A stretch of 64,000 nucleotides of DNA, from contig NC_057717.1 of NCBI RefSeq assembly GCF_004010195.1, positions 105,003,904-105,067,903 on the forward strand. The letters are read 5' to 3'. The position numbers and the translations under genes were made by a program. This DNA comes from Chiloscyllium plagiosum (Eukaryota). Positions 1 through 13,839 of the stretch are shown in pieces (the first letter of the stretch is position 1; every line of letters starts with the position of its first letter). The notes under the pieces are model-generated. The model was not told where the DNA came from and made no database searches. It saw nothing but the letters and a program-made list of their open reading frames with translations.

Positions 1-881
1 TAACACTCAATACTGCAGCACCCCCAGGGGTGCGTACTCAGCCCCCTACTGTACTCACTGTATACCCACCATACCACCATAGTCAGTTGAATCTCAGACG
101 GCGACAAAACAGACTACAGACGGGAGGTGGAAGACCTGGAAAAATGGTGCACTGAGAACAACCTAGCTCTCAATGTCAGCAAAACCAAGGAACTCATTAT
201 TGACTTTTGGCGGGATGTTACTCATGCTCCCCTCCACATTAACAGCACAGAAGTGGAACGAGTGGAGAGTGTCAAGCTCCTGGGTGTGGTCATCCACAAT
301 AAGCTTTCTTGGACTCTTCATGTGGACGCACTGGTTACAAAAGCCTAACAACGTCTCTTCTTCCTCAGGCAGCTGAGGAAATTTGGCATGATGCGAATAC
401 CTTTACCAACTTTTATAGGTGTGCCATCGAGGATATTCTACCTGGTATGGCAACTGTACCATTCAAGATCGGAGACGGTTACAGAGAGTGGTGAACTCAG
501 CCCGGACAATCACAAAAGCCAACCTCCCATCGATAGAATCCATCTACCAGGTCCGCGGTCAAGGAAAGGCCGCCAGCATTCTCAAAGATCCATCCCACCC
601 TGGCAATGGTTTTCTACAACCTCTACTATCGGGGAGAAGGTACAGAAGCCTGAACACACGCACCAACCGGTTTCAAAACAGTTTCTACCCTATTGTTGTT
701 AGAATGCTGGATCAAGTCACAAACTCTTACCATTTGCCTGTACCTGTGTTTTTGTATTTGCTACTGTTTATCTATTATTTACTTATCTATACTACATAAC
801 TCTGTGATCTGCCTGTATTGCTCACAAGACAAAGCTTTTCACTGTGCCTCGGTACACGTGACAATAAATTCAATTCAATTC
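1..881 (+). mobile_element. Rex1/Babar-type LINE, 3' RT fragment (frameshifted) with 3' tail
   Basis: Peptides 'PQGCVLSPLLYSL', 'WCTENNLALNVSKTKELIIDF...VESVKLLGV', 'SHPGNGFLQPLLSGRRYRSLNTRTNRFQNSFYP'; ends ...gtgacaataaattcaattcaattc microsatellite tail. Confidence 0.9.
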
Positions 882-2758
882 GGAGCATCTGCAGTATTTT
901 GCTTTAATAAAGAATGGGATTGTTGGTGAATGAGAAATTGGAATTGGGATTGAGGTTACTAGTTTCATACTCAAATGAGTTCTCCACAGACAGCCTGGGA
1001 AAAGACAGACTAAATTTTTGCCTCCTTTTCTCTTCTTCATTCTCTCGAAAAGCTACTAGGCCTCTAATCATCTTTGTGTTCCCAAATATTTCTGCTGGTC
1101 ACCACATATCTCGTGGTAAGGGATGTCCATTCATGATGACAAGATTGTGCAGCACACAGCAGAACATTACAAATCTAAGCCCAATCCACTGATTCCTAAA
1201 GAGCTCCTCCACACAGCAAAAACATTATTACAGCATGCTAATGGATGGTTCTATAGTGGTAGTTGTGGTAGCAATGTTTTCATCTCCTACATGCTTCATT
1301 GGTGTGTGGGCTAGGCAGCAGGCATTACTCTTGCTGTCAGTAGACAGCTTTCTCACTCTCGTGCCAACTTTTGATTTGCCAAATGGCTTCAATGTTGGTG
1401 GCATAATGGATTGCCTCTAAATGAAGGAATCTTGACCGTAACCAGAATACCATACATTATTCTGCCTAATTTGCTGCCTATAATCAGATTCCACTCCTTT
1501 GGTTATATCAAAGGTCTGTTCACTCTGCCTGCTTGTCCTCAGTCAAAGCAATGAAATTAGCTCTCATTGAAATGTGAGACTGAATTATCATGCAAAGGTA
1601 GATGGCAAATTGTGAGATGTTAAAAATATCCCTACAAATTGCAGAGGTGGGGAGAGGAAGTGGGTGGAAAGTGTTGCTGTCTTTGCTGTGCTTCATGTTG
1701 GTTTATTTGTGATTAAGAAAGGATGTTAGCCAGTATGAAGCTTTAAAATAGTATTGCAAATTTACTGATGTTTTGATTTGACTGCTTTGCATATCCCTGG
1801 CATGTGAAAGGTACAAATACCTTCATCAATATGGCATCTGGTATAATTCACTTTAAACATGCACATTCTTTGGATGCCACTTTGGAGCACTAGGGACCCT
1901 AATAATATCCCAAACTGGAAGTAAAATGCCCAATTTCTCATTCTTAAAATTTTGTAGACCTAAATTCTGACATAATTTTATTAAAACCAGCACAGCAATA
2001 TCTATTTGCTGCCTCAGTATACCATTACCTTTACAGCCACAGCATCCAAATCACTGAGTTACAGAATACAATATTTCATAGGTTGCCTTTATTTCCTTTG
2101 CCAGAGGAGTGTAATGGCTTTTTTAAAATAAATTCCGCAGTGACTCTGACAAAATGAATCGCCATCAAGGAGCTTTGTCTGCACTGTGCTGAGCCAGCAT
2201 GAGGCAATTTAGTTGATGGAGAAAGACGCCCACCGTTGTCAGAGCCAGAAGGGATCTAACGTGATTCGCCAAGCTCTGCCATGCCACCAGCATTACCCTG
2301 CTGAGCTTTTAACAAATAGTCTCATTAAGCAGGCACTCTTAGCTCTAGCAAATCAATGATGGGTTAGTGCAAACCTTTTTTTTTGTCCACGATAATTTCA
2401 TCAGGTATTTTCAGAAACTAGGCATTTTTTAAAAAAACGCGACAGGCTAGCCTACTAAAAGGTAGGCTCCAATGGCATTTTTACAGCTTTCAATAGCTAA
2501 ATGCTGAGGGCTAAAATGAAAACCTAAAACAATTTGCTTTTTTAATTCATTTTACAGTTCCTATTTCAAGTGTATTGGGACATACACACTTTCAATGTTG
2601 TTCAGCATTAAAAGAAATAAGTTATTAAAAATCCAGCATTGATATCACACCATAAAAGCACCCCAATTTACATTGAAAAACTTAGATATCACTTTGGACA
2701 CAGCAAACAACCCTGGATATGTCCTGCCCCACCAGCAGGTCACCCATCAGAGATGGCA

Positions 2759-2889
2759 TCATTCCTGAAGAAGGGCTTATGCCCGAAACGTCGATTCTCC
2801 TGCTCCTTTGATGCTGCCTGACCTGCTGCGCTTTTCCAGCAACACATTTTTCAGCTCTGATCTCCAGCATCAGCAGTCCTCACTTTCTC
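2759..2889 (+). mobile_element. Penelope-like element terminal repeat (pLTR) fragment
   Basis: Near-identical to 52175-52270, which is joined to a Penelope ORF, plus tail tctgatctccagcatcagcagtcctcactttctc. Confidence 0.85.
2761..2796 (+). ncRNA. Minimal type I hammerhead ribozyme motif (PLE-associated)
   Basis: CTGAAGA 2765-2771, stem II gggc-ttat-gccc, GAAAC 2785-2789, GTC 2790-2792; stem I weak. Confidence 0.65.
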
Positions 2890-3389
2890 ACAGGAATATA
2901 GACTTGGGAGGGATTTGACTGAGAGTCCTCAAATTTGGCTCTGCATCCCATGAACTCATGGCATCAGGTCAAACATGGGCAAGAAAACCTCTTTAATTAT
3001 TACATACACCCACTTCCCTCACACCTGCACCTTCAGCAGAAGAATCTATATTCTTCCATGTTAACCTCTCTTGGAGGGTGCAGAGTGAATTGTCCCACCA
3101 GACAATGTTCATCATCAAGAATGGCTGAGTAGCACGACTGCTTACTGAGCTGGTCTGCAACAGGTGGTGAATAAACCAAAAAAAGGGGAACATTTATTTG
3201 ACCTCAGCCTCATCAGTCTGCCTGAACAGATGCCTTTGCCCATGACTATCAGTAAAAGTGACCACTGCCAGTCGTTGTGGAGATGAAGTCCCATCTTCAC
3301 ACTGTGGATATGCTCCATCATGTTCTGTAGCACTACATGCTAAATAGGCAAATTTCAATTTGTCTAGGCATCCTGCTGATTGAAATTAC

Positions 3390-3890
3390 ACTTGACAGAA
3401 AGGAAGATGGCCATGGTTGTTGAAGTTCAGTCATCTCAGGCCCTACAGGAGGTCCTCAGATTGTGTCCTAAGCCAAACCATCGTCTGATACTTCAGCAGA
3501 TCATAAGATCAGAATTGGGGATTTTTCACTGATGACTGCACAATATTCATCACAACTTGTGACTCCTCAGATTCTGGAGCAGTCTACTTCCAAATTCAGC
3601 AATACCTGAACTATATCCAGGCTTAAGCTGTGCCAAGTAACACCTCACAAGTGCCAGACAACAATCAGCTCAGGTGTAAGAGGATCAAACTGTCGCCCCT
3701 TGACATTCAATGCCATTACCAGCACTGAATTCTCTACTATCAATGTCCTGGAGCTTACCAGTAATCAGAAACTGGTCTCGAAGTCCCATAATAATATTAT
3801 GGCTACAACTGTAGGTTATAGGCTAGGAGTTCTACAGCGAATAACTCACCTCCTCACTCCCCAAAGTCTGTCCACCACCCTACAAAGCAC
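3390..3890 (+). mobile_element. Decayed CR1/L2-group LINE RT fragment (same family as 61590-64000)
   Basis: Similar to 63600-64000 (cagtcatctcag..., cccccttgacattcaat, actatcaatgtcctgg). Confidence 0.75.
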
Positions 3891-4289
3891 AAGCACATAT
3901 GATGAAATAATTCACATTTACCCAATCTCCAGAAAGAGGGAGAGAGGTGGTGGAAGAGTGAGAGAAATAGCAAGGAAATGAATGAGAGTCAAAGAGATTT
4001 TAAAAAAAGGCCGCGTTGTCAAAGAAAAATAAGCTTTTCTCTGGATATAGTTGAGGATGTGCAAAAGCAGCAATGACATCTTGATGTCAGATCACATGGA
4101 ATTGGAGTCTGGGTCTGTAAGGTTCTAAGTAAGATTAAGTAACACAAGTTACACAAAAGACAAACATTCATTACACAAGCAAGAAATATGTTCCATAGGT
4201 CCTTCATTTTCTTAGAAAAGATCCAAACCTATTATGTTATTTCTGCTCCATGTTTATATATAATATTGGAATTTTCTGAACTTTCACAA

Positions 4290-4600
4290 ATTTATTCATG
4301 GGATATTGCCTTCACTGGCTGTGCGAGTATTTACTGCCCATTCTAACTGTCCTTCAGAAGGTAGTGGTAAGGTGCCTTCTTGAACCAGTTCAGCCCACTG
4401 GTGTAGATTTGCTTACAATGCTGTGAGGGAAGGAGTTGCAGGATTTGACCCAGCGACACTGAAAGAACAGTGACATATTTGCAAGTCAAGACACTGACAA
4501 GATTAGAGGGAAACTTTAACTTGCTGCCCTTGTCCTTCACGATGTCAGTCGTCATATGTTTGGAAGGTGTTGTTTCAGGATCCTTGGCAAATTTCTGTGC
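4290..4600 (-). mobile_element. 3' end of the same CR1/L2-group LINE family
   Basis: Matches 19050-19390 and 43085-43390 (tttattcatgggat...atttactgcccat). Confidence 0.75.
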
Positions 4601-4690
4601 AACTCAGTACTCAATACCAGGCAAGGCTACCAAAACAATTTAATTTATAATTTAATAAATGTAGAAAATCTCAGCAGTTTTTATTGGATG

Positions 4691-7600
4691 TGTAGTGATT
4701 GTAATGAGGTGGATCTCACAGAATATCTGGTCCCTCAGGGAGCCCTGGCTGACACACACAAACAGGCACATCAGAGGTTCTCTTCACTCTGAGAAGTGGC
4801 TCTGACGGAGCTGGATCAGTGTCAAGAACTCTCCACATATAAATAAAAGGTGACCTGGTGACGGGATACTGGCATCTGTGTAGTAAATTCAGTGGCAACG
4901 AGAGAAAAACACACTCCTGAAGAAATTCGCTTACAAGAGTAGTCTTTGATTTGGGGTAGGTATTTCTGGCATCATGTCATTATTTGGGAAACTTGACCCG
5001 TTTGATACTGCCATCAAAAAGTGGGCCCCATATGTGAAAAGAATATGTTATTTTTCAAGGCAAATGACATTTGGACAGATGAAATGCAATAAATAATTCT
5101 CCTGAAAGCTAGTGGACCTGCAGTTTTTTCAATTATTAGGAGTCTAACTTTCCGTAAGGCTCCAAGAGCTTTAAGAGTTGATGAATTTAGATAAGGATTA
5201 TTATGACCCCAAGCCTCCTATAATTCTGAAATGCTACTAGTTCTAGTTTTACTAGAAATGCTACTAGGGTTCTCGGCAATCCAAGAACCAGGAGATTCCA
5301 TATTTGGATTTTTAGCTAGGTTAAGATGACTGGCAGAGAGATGTGAATTTTGTTTAACCATTAATTAACTGCTGAGAGACATTTGATATGTGGGATTAAT
5401 AATGTAACCCTGCAAAAGTGTCTACTAGCTGAAGCCCAACTGGATTTCAAACTGACACTACAACTGACTTTATCATTGGGAAAAGTGCAGCAAATGGAGG
5501 ATATGTGTTGCAGGGTATTCCAATGGAAGTCCACTTGAGTGAAGGCAATTGCACAGACTCACTCAGGACATAGCCTGAACTGAGGGACTTTAGGTCAGCC
5601 CACAGCAAAACTCCAAAACAAAGCTAAGCATCAGCAAAACTGTTAAAATTTTATTCAGGATTCGGGCAGTAAGTCATTGTAGTTGCTGCCCCTATGCAGA
5701 CCTGAGACAACAAAAGAGATCCACTAGACCTACACTGAGTACAAGACCTCATGGGCCAGTATCCAGGAGAGTGCACACTCTGTAAAGTCCACCTATTACT
5801 GGTTTGGAACAATTAAATTTCTTAGCAAATTCTAAGTCAGAACCAAAATAAATGTCTGGTGAAATGGTCACCCAGTTCCAATAGAGGCCAATAATGGTGC
5901 AATCATTTCAGTGGTCTCAGAACCAATCTTTAACCAAATTTGCTCTGGACTCTTATCCTTAAGTTTGTGCAAGATGTCAGCTAGACCGAAAACATATACC
6001 TGTGGACCTTTAGAGATCAAGGGTACAACTTCAGTTCCGGTCTCTTCTGAGAAGCATCTGGTTGAGATATAATTGATTGTCGTAAAGGGCTCAAACCCAT
6101 GCTTGATGGGGTAAAATTGGTTGAGAAATATTTACCTAGATTGGCTCAACATTTTTCAATTAGGAAGTAGTTGCCTGAGCGAAGTCCTAATTAAATACCA
6201 GAAGCTTTTCAGGAAGCTCTAGGGCAATCAAAGGAGCCAAGATCAACTTGCATGTGGACCAGGAAGCAATTCCATGATTCTGCAAAACCCGCCTTACAAG
6301 CAAAAGTAGAGGCAGAAATCAGATTTGACCAGAAAGTGAAGGAATCATCATACCTTTCCAGTTAGCGGAATGTGCAGCACCAGTTGTGCCAATTGTAAAG
6401 TCTGATGGGTCAGTTCACCTTTGTAGGGATTTTAAGCAAACAGTAAACTGCTTCTTGCAGCTGGATAAATACCCAATCTTTTGCATAGAGGATTTATATG
6501 CAACGTTGGCAGAGGGGGCTGTCTTTCGCAAACTGGATATGAGCCAAGCATTCCTCCACTTTGCGGTTAGATGATGATTCCCTGAAGTATGCTACAATTA
6601 ATACCCAGCAGGTTTGTGCCAATATACCACACAACCATTTAGGGTATCGTCAGCCTGTGCAATTTTTCAGTGGATGATGAAGAACATTTTATAAATCTAC
6701 TCCAGGTCACCATTTTCTAGATGATATGCGAATAACAGAGAAGACCAATAAAGAGCACTTAGAGAACTTAGATATGGTCCTCAGATGTTTCTTCTAGTAG
6801 GCGTATGCCTTAGAAAGGAGGTACATGTGTTCGAGGCACCCCAAATGACCTGCTTGGGCAACAGCGTCGATAAGACCAGATTTCATAAAGTGAGGGGGAT
6901 CAAAGTTGCCCTAGCTCCCATGTCAGTACCAGACCTTAGGTTTTTCCTTGAGCTGGTGAATTATTAAAGGGAAGTTCATATATAACCTGCCATCCGCTTT
7001 TACATCAACTCTTAAAAAAGGATCAACCCTGGGGGTGGTCGTGTAGCCCAGCCATAGCTTTCAGGGTAGTGAAGAAACAGCTTGCATCCTCTAAAGGTGT
7101 TGGTACCTTCTGATCCCAAAGCGAAATTTAGTATTGACGTGCAATGTCTCCCCATTGGGGTAGTATTAGTGCATAAATGGCCCAATGGAGAGGAATGCTC
7201 AATAGGGTATGCATCCAGGATTTTAGCTAATGCAGAGCGCAAATAAGCCCAGAAGCGGTCATATTTGGAGTCAGGAAATTCCACTAATACCTTTATGGTC
7301 ATAAATTTGTAGTAACACTGGACCACAAAACTCTTCTAGGTCTACTCAAAGAGGTCAAGACAGTCCCGCCCATAGCCTCAGGCTGAATTCAGTGATGGGT
7401 TCTAATATTAAGTAAGTATAATTACAAGTTGGAACAGTGTTCGAGAGTACAAGTAGCAAATGCAGATGCATTGAGCCACCTCCTGTTGTCAGATACACCA
7501 CCGGTGGTACCGCTACTGGAAAAGTTGTCATGCTTTTAAATTTTTTGGACACACTTCCAGTCACAGCTGACAATATCAAACTTTGGGTGCAGAAAGATCC

Positions 7601-9120
7601 GGTCCTAGCAAAACTAAAAAACAGCTGATCATGATGGGAGAAATGAAAGGGCCGTTGCAACCTAAATTGAAACATTTTTGGACCCAGAGTGACCAGATCA
7701 CAGTACAGGATGGCATATTATTATGGGGAGCAAGAGTGATTCTCCTGAGCAAAGGTTGTTGCCAGATGCTGGCTGATCTCCACCAGTGTCCATCCAGGGG
7801 TTTTCAAAATGTTAGCATAAAGTTATGTCTGGCAGCCAGGATTGGATGCAGACATAGCTGCATTGGTGGGGCAGTGTTCTGAATGCCAACGAGAACAAAA
7901 ATTACTGCCAGCAGCTCTCCTGCATTCATGGGAATGGTCAGGCAAACCATGGACCCAGTTACACATTGCTTATGCAGGTCCTTTCATGGGCTCAATGTTC
8001 TTGTCATTGTGGACACCAACTCAAAATGGCTGAATGTGCACAGAGTCCATTCATCAAACACAGAGACAACAATAGAAAAACTACAGGCACCTTTTGCAAT
8101 ACTTGGATTCCCGGAAGTGTTGATCACAGATAACAGGCCATCGCTTACCAGCAGGGTATTTGAGTTATTTCTTAATGTTGAATGGTATTCATCACATAAG
8201 GACAGTTTCATACTATCCATCATCCAATGGCCTGGCAGAAAAAGCAGTTCAAACTTTGAAGATAGGCTTAAAGAAACAACCCACAGCTTCTGCAGATACC
8301 AAATTGTCCCAGTTCCTATTTGATTGTGGGATTACTGTGACAAAGCTGCTCCTTTAATGAGGTTATGTTGTCCTTTTTTTTCAGAGACATCGAAAAAGAC
8401 ACGGACTTAGTAAAGTCTAAATTGAAGGGTTTTATGGCCAGTTTGATTATAGCTAACAGATAGTGCCTCAGACAACAGGGTTCCAAGTTTCGATTAAAAA
8501 CAACTTGTACAATGTAAGAGAAGTGGCCAGTTCTCCCAGCTCAGGGTTTCTCTATTTTTTTTAGCAGCAGTGTTGTGAAGCTGTTGGATCTAAGAAAGCA
8601 GGTCTATGCTGACCTTCTCTCCTGGAAGACCCTGTGTTTGATTTTACCTTTTGTGGCAAGGGGTGTTTGCGGGATTGTTGCAAGTACTTGGAACAGCATT
8701 ATTAAGTTGGTATAGTCTGTTGGGTTTTCAGATAGGTTAAGTTATTCTGTATTCTGTTCTTTTTTGTTTCGGTCTCATTTGGTTAACGTGTAAATAAATT
8801 CTGTTTTACTTTAAACTAAGTGGTTTGACCAGCAGCATCTCTTCTGGAATATCCACTATACACCTGCTTAAAACAACTAGCAAAGTTCAGGTCTGGGCTA
8901 CCTTCTTTAAATGTTTTGAGGGGTCTAGCCTGGTCCATAACACTGCCCTTTATGCAACTACAGTGATGGCTCCAAGCAGAGTTATTAATGGGGTGTGAGG
9001 GGAGGGGAAGCGGGTGAAATGGTATCAGGAATGCCAATGCTGGACATGAGTCCTCACTAAGCAAGAGAGACAGTTTACTTCAGGGGACGAAGTTTGGCAT
9101 GGGAACCACAGGAATGGTCC
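4691..9120 (+). mobile_element. Decayed Gypsy/Ty3 LTR retrotransposon (Mag-like): 5' LTR, PBS, gag, protease, RT, RNase H, integrase; 3' LTR missing
   Basis: LTR tgtagtg..ttca 4691-4891; PBS tggcaacgag 4893-4902; gag start MSLFGKLDPFD at 4974; RT 'PIVKSDGSVHLCRDFKQTVN...KLDMSQAF' and FLDD ~6715; integrase 'CSECQ...PWTQLHIAYAGPF', 'GFPEVLITDN', 'YYPSSNGLAEKAVQTLK'; many stops and frameshifts. Confidence 0.92.
8336..8942 (+). mobile_element. Solo LTR of a second LTR family nested in the Gypsy integrase
   Basis: TG...CA termini (tgtgacaaag...ccataaca), aataaa ~8793; integrase peptide resumes immediately after (ATT...AELLMG). Confidence 0.8.
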
Positions 9121-10059
9121 TGCATTAGGGGGAGCAGATTTGTGAATAGTACACTAGGTATATGTTTATAATTATTGGTTTTGCTGATGCAAAAGAAGCC
9201 TCTTTGAAGAAGATGGATGGAAAATTGAGAAGCTTTTGCCCTTTGGCACAAAGAGAGAACAGGAATATAAATGTGTAGTAGTATTTCATTTTATCTCTTT
9301 GGCAAAAAAACAATGTGTGCCATGAGAGGGCAGGCAAAAAGGAGTGCAAAGGATGAAATAAAAGAGAAAGAAGCAACATTTTCTAAGATTCTAAAGTTGA
9401 ATCCAGTACATAAACAGTTACAGGTCAAAGGAACAACTTATGTGTTAAGCACGCACTGTGGTCAGTGAACAAGGAAGCCATGTTCTACCTCAACAGAAAT
9501 GACAGCAAAATATCCACAGCTTCTGAGCAGCACTACAGAGAGTCATCTGATCACAAGCATTTTCTGCAAATTAAATTCTTAATGTTGAGTCACCATGAAT
9601 TTTTCAGTGGTTTCTGAAGAGTATGAAAAGGGAAAAAACTCCCAACCTCTATCCTCACACACTCTTATATGATATACAGGCAGTCCTCTTACAAAAGAAA
9701 GCACATCAATGCAAAAGAGCAATGTGACCTCCGATATCCTACACTATCAAGTCTTCACTGTGCTGTTTTCTGATAATTCCAAGCATGCCGTATCCCTACA
9801 ATAGAGAAGAAAGATCATCTGAAGATGCCTCACCTTAGACTATTCCCACCATCTTCTGCAGAAAATATTTTGATAACATAACACTCACTCACAGATCAAA
9901 CATTAAAACCCAAACCTTTGTACTTAACCTATGTCAATCTCCATCCAGGTTGAAATGCACACATACACATCATTTTATCCATTGTTTTAATGATCAGTGG
10001 CTGATGCATTAGAATAGGAGTTGGCCTCCTTTATAGTAAAAAGCCATTTTTAAAAAGCT

Positions 10060-10850
10060 AGTCAAAATGCAGCATCATAAAAGATGCAATAAAACAGGAG
10101 TAGACTACTTGGCACATCAAGCTTTCTTTATCATTCAATGAGATAATGACTGATCTGGTTGTGGTATCAGTTACTGACCCCAACCCATAACCCTCAGCTC
10201 TCTTGTCTATCAAATATCTGTTTAGTAATCTTGAATACATTTAATGACCCACCTGCACTACCTTCTGGAGAAGATAATTCTACACACTCTAAAGACTCTT
10301 TGAGAAAATAAAAATTCTCCTCATATCTATCTTAAAAGGTAGACAGACATCTTATGCTTAAACTATGTTTCCCAGATTTAATCTCTCCCACAAGAGAAAA
10401 TATACTCCTGGTATACATCCTAACCAGTCTTCTTAATACCTTTATGTATCAATATCATTCTTCTAAACTCCAAAGAAGATACATTAAATCACATATTAAT
10501 CATTTATCATAAAATAAGCCTTGCATCCTAGGAAAAAGAGTTGAATGAACCTTCTCTGAACTGTTTCTAAAGGAATTGTATATTTTTTCAAATAAAGAGA
10601 CCAAAACTACACATAGTACTCCAAACACGGTCTTACCAACATCCAGTACAGCTGCAGCAAAACTTCCCTACTTTTATTCTCCAGTTCCTTGCAATAAATT
10701 AAATTATATTTGCCTTCCTAATCACTTTCTGAACCTGCGTACAGTACGAACTTTTTGTGATTCATATACAAAGGACCCCTGATTCCTTTGGACCATTGAA
10801 TCTGTCAATCTCTTGCCATTTAAACAGCATACAACTTTTAAAATTTACTT
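10060..10850 (-). mobile_element. Old CR1 LINE 3' fragment
   Basis: Similar to other CR1 3' ends (aataaagagaccaaaactacacatagtactcc; minus peptide 'LNRYLIDKRAEGYG'). Confidence 0.7.
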
Positions 10851-11484
10851 ATGTTATACTCTATTGTTAGAATTTGCTGATTTTTCACACACACAGCAAG
10901 CCCAGGAAGAGCATTGTGTTTAAACAGATAACAGAAGTTGGCTATTAATGAGGTGAGTTCCTGGAAAATAGTTCTGGAACAGACTTGATGTCCAAGCAGA
11001 TGGCAGATGCTGCATGGTAATTGAAACTTCGGGACGAGATGGTCAGTCGATCATGACAGGCCTGTAGTTGAAGTTAGTTTTTTGAACCATGTTTTTTGGG
11101 GAGATGAGATTGGCTGCTGGTGACACAACGTAAAGGTTTGAAAGCTCCCTGCCTAAGCTCTCACACTAGCTTCCAGAAGCCCAAAAGAGTAGAAAGCTGA
11201 GTTGGAATAATTACTATTTTTATCCAAGTGAACTGACAAGGTGACCTTGATCAAATGATTCTTGAAAAGTGACCAGAGAGTGTGTGAAAGAGAGAAAGAA
11301 CAATTTCACTTACTGCAGGCTTTTGCAGACCTGTGTTTCAATTGATCTCTGTCTTCTCTCAGTTCAGTGACAATCTGCCATGTACAACTAATCCAAATCC
11401 TGTTGCTGGGCAGCTTTGTTCAAACACCCTAGTGTCATCGCAAAAGTATCAAAATCCAGCAAAGTTATATCACAACTGTTACAT

Positions 11485-12256
11485 AGCAGGCCTGTGACCA
11501 GCGGTGTTCCACAGGGATCAGTGCTGGGTTCACTTTTGTTTGTCATTTAAATGACAAAGTGTTTTAGATGGGAATATAGAAGGCATGGTTCATAAGTTTG
11601 TGAATAATACCAAAATTGGTGGTATAGCAGACAGTGAAGTAGGTTATCTAAGATTACAAAGATATCTTATCTGTGGGTCAAATGGGCTAAAATATGGCAG
11701 ATGCAGTTCAATTAGGACAAATGCGAGGTAATGCATTTTTGCAAAATAAACAAGGGCAGGTACTTATACAATTAAAAGTAGTGCTTTGGGTAGTGTTGTC
11801 AAACAGGGATACCTAGAGATTCCGATACATAATTCTTTGAAGTTTCTATCACATATAGATAGGGCGGTTAAGGAGCCATTTAGCATGCTTGCCTTCATTG
11901 TTCAGACATTTGAGTTTAGGAGTTAGGGCAATATGTTGAGTTTGTACAAGACGTTAATGAGGCCTTTTCTGAAGGACTGTGGGCAGTTCTGGTTGCCCTG
12001 TTATAGGAAGGATATTATTAAAAGGGAGAGGGTTCAGAAGAAATTTAACAGGATATTGCTGGGAATGAAGAATTAAGTTTTCAGGAGAGGGCTAGGACCT
12101 TTTTTCACTGGAGTTTTGGAAGTTGAGGGGTGACCTTATAGAGTTTTATAAAATCATGAGGGGTATAGATAAGGTGAATGCAGGTGTCTTTTCCACAGGG
12201 TGGGAGATTTCAAGACTTGGAGGGTATATTTTTAAGGTGTGTGGAGAAAAATTTAT
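11485..12256 (+). mobile_element. CR1 LINE RT C-terminal fragment running into gap
   Basis: 'VTSGVPQGSVLG', 'RGDLIEFYKIMRGIDKV'. Confidence 0.9.
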
Positions 12257-12756
12257 NNNNNNNNNNNNNNNNNNNNNNNNNNNNNNNNNNNNNNNNNNNN
12301 NNNNNNNNNNNNNNNNNNNNNNNNNNNNNNNNNNNNNNNNNNNNNNNNNNNNNNNNNNNNNNNNNNNNNNNNNNNNNNNNNNNNNNNNNNNNNNNNNNNN
12401 NNNNNNNNNNNNNNNNNNNNNNNNNNNNNNNNNNNNNNNNNNNNNNNNNNNNNNNNNNNNNNNNNNNNNNNNNNNNNNNNNNNNNNNNNNNNNNNNNNNN
12501 NNNNNNNNNNNNNNNNNNNNNNNNNNNNNNNNNNNNNNNNNNNNNNNNNNNNNNNNNNNNNNNNNNNNNNNNNNNNNNNNNNNNNNNNNNNNNNNNNNNN
12601 NNNNNNNNNNNNNNNNNNNNNNNNNNNNNNNNNNNNNNNNNNNNNNNNNNNNNNNNNNNNNNNNNNNNNNNNNNNNNNNNNNNNNNNNNNNNNNNNNNNN
12701 NNNNNNNNNNNNNNNNNNNNNNNNNNNNNNNNNNNNNNNNNNNNNNNNNNNNNNNN
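12257..12756. other. Assembly gap (500 N)
   Basis: N run. Confidence 1.
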
Positions 12757-13199
12757 CCCAAATCTTAACATTTGCTGAGATCAGTGCTGAAAGAAGAGAA
12801 TGCTGTCACCAATGTGAACATGAACATTCTAGCTAGAATGATCCGACTGAACTTCTTAATCATGTCACTGATTAGCACACAGTTACTGTGTGCAATATGT
12901 ACTTGCTGAGGGGACAGCATGTTTCAAGCAGTGAAATGGGTAATGGGACCTCCAAGAGCAGGTGGCAACAGTGAAGGAGGGCAGCTAGAGCAGTTGAATT
13001 GAGTTTTTTTGATAAAAGGCTTTACATGGAAGGAGGCAGATGGAAAGAGGAAAAAGAGAAAAAGGCTGTCTCAATTAATCTGCAATATTTATTCCATGTA
13101 CACGCTGTAAATAATTATTTGCTTTTCCTGAATTTTCCTTCTTGTTTATAATGATCTGATGCTTGTGGAATAAAGATTGCTGCTTCATGGTCATTGAGC

Positions 13200-13470
13200 T
13201 GGCTGTGTGTTCAAATCTCATGTTACAATAATGTTGATTGAGGGATAAATACTGGTCAGTGATACAAGGGAAAACTTCCCCTACTCCTCTACAAAGTAGT
13301 TTCATTGGATTTTTTACTTCTGTCTGAGAGGGCAGACAGCCACAGTTTGAAATATCATCTGAAAGGCTCCTCCAAAGTTACAGTACTCCTCCAGTATTGT
13401 CAGGATTAACTTTTGTCTGAAATCTGTTGATCCAAAAGTGATAATGTTAGCCACTAAGCCACACCTGACT
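13200..13470 (-). mobile_element. DeuSINE (SacSINE1/AmnSINE1-like) copy
   Basis: Deu-domain-like gttgattgagggataaatactgg...ctgagagggcagac; tRNA-like head ...ccactaagccac. Confidence 0.7.
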
Positions 13471-13839
13471 GCCATACACATTTGGCATGTTTTCTCAACT
13501 CGGTTGTAGAGAAGTATCATGGCTTCTCAAATCTACACTATTAAATCAGACACACTTCTTGTGATGGGAAAATCAAACAGTTAAGAAAATGTGGATCTAT
13601 GATTCTACTGTTCAGGTACAGGAGGTAATATTTTAGTAAATGTCAGATGCTGCACGAACGGCTCTTTTGCAAAGTTCTACTTCAGAAGCAATAAAATAAC
13701 ATTAAGAGAAATCCAAATGATGCAATATCAAGGCTTTAGGTTATATAACGTATATCGGTTTCTTGGAGAACGACTTTGATCTCTGGCTATCATTACAATA
13801 AAAGGGACATAAAGTGGTCCTGACTCATAGCTTGATATG

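Noticed and set aside
4974..8330. Domesticated gag/integrase gene
   Set aside because: Numerous stops and frameshifts and an LTR insertion within the integrase.
12123..12836. Long ORFs spanning N runs (also 48230-49255 and 51364-52128)
   Set aside because: Length is an artefact of assembly gaps; the real parts are CR1 or Penelope fragments.
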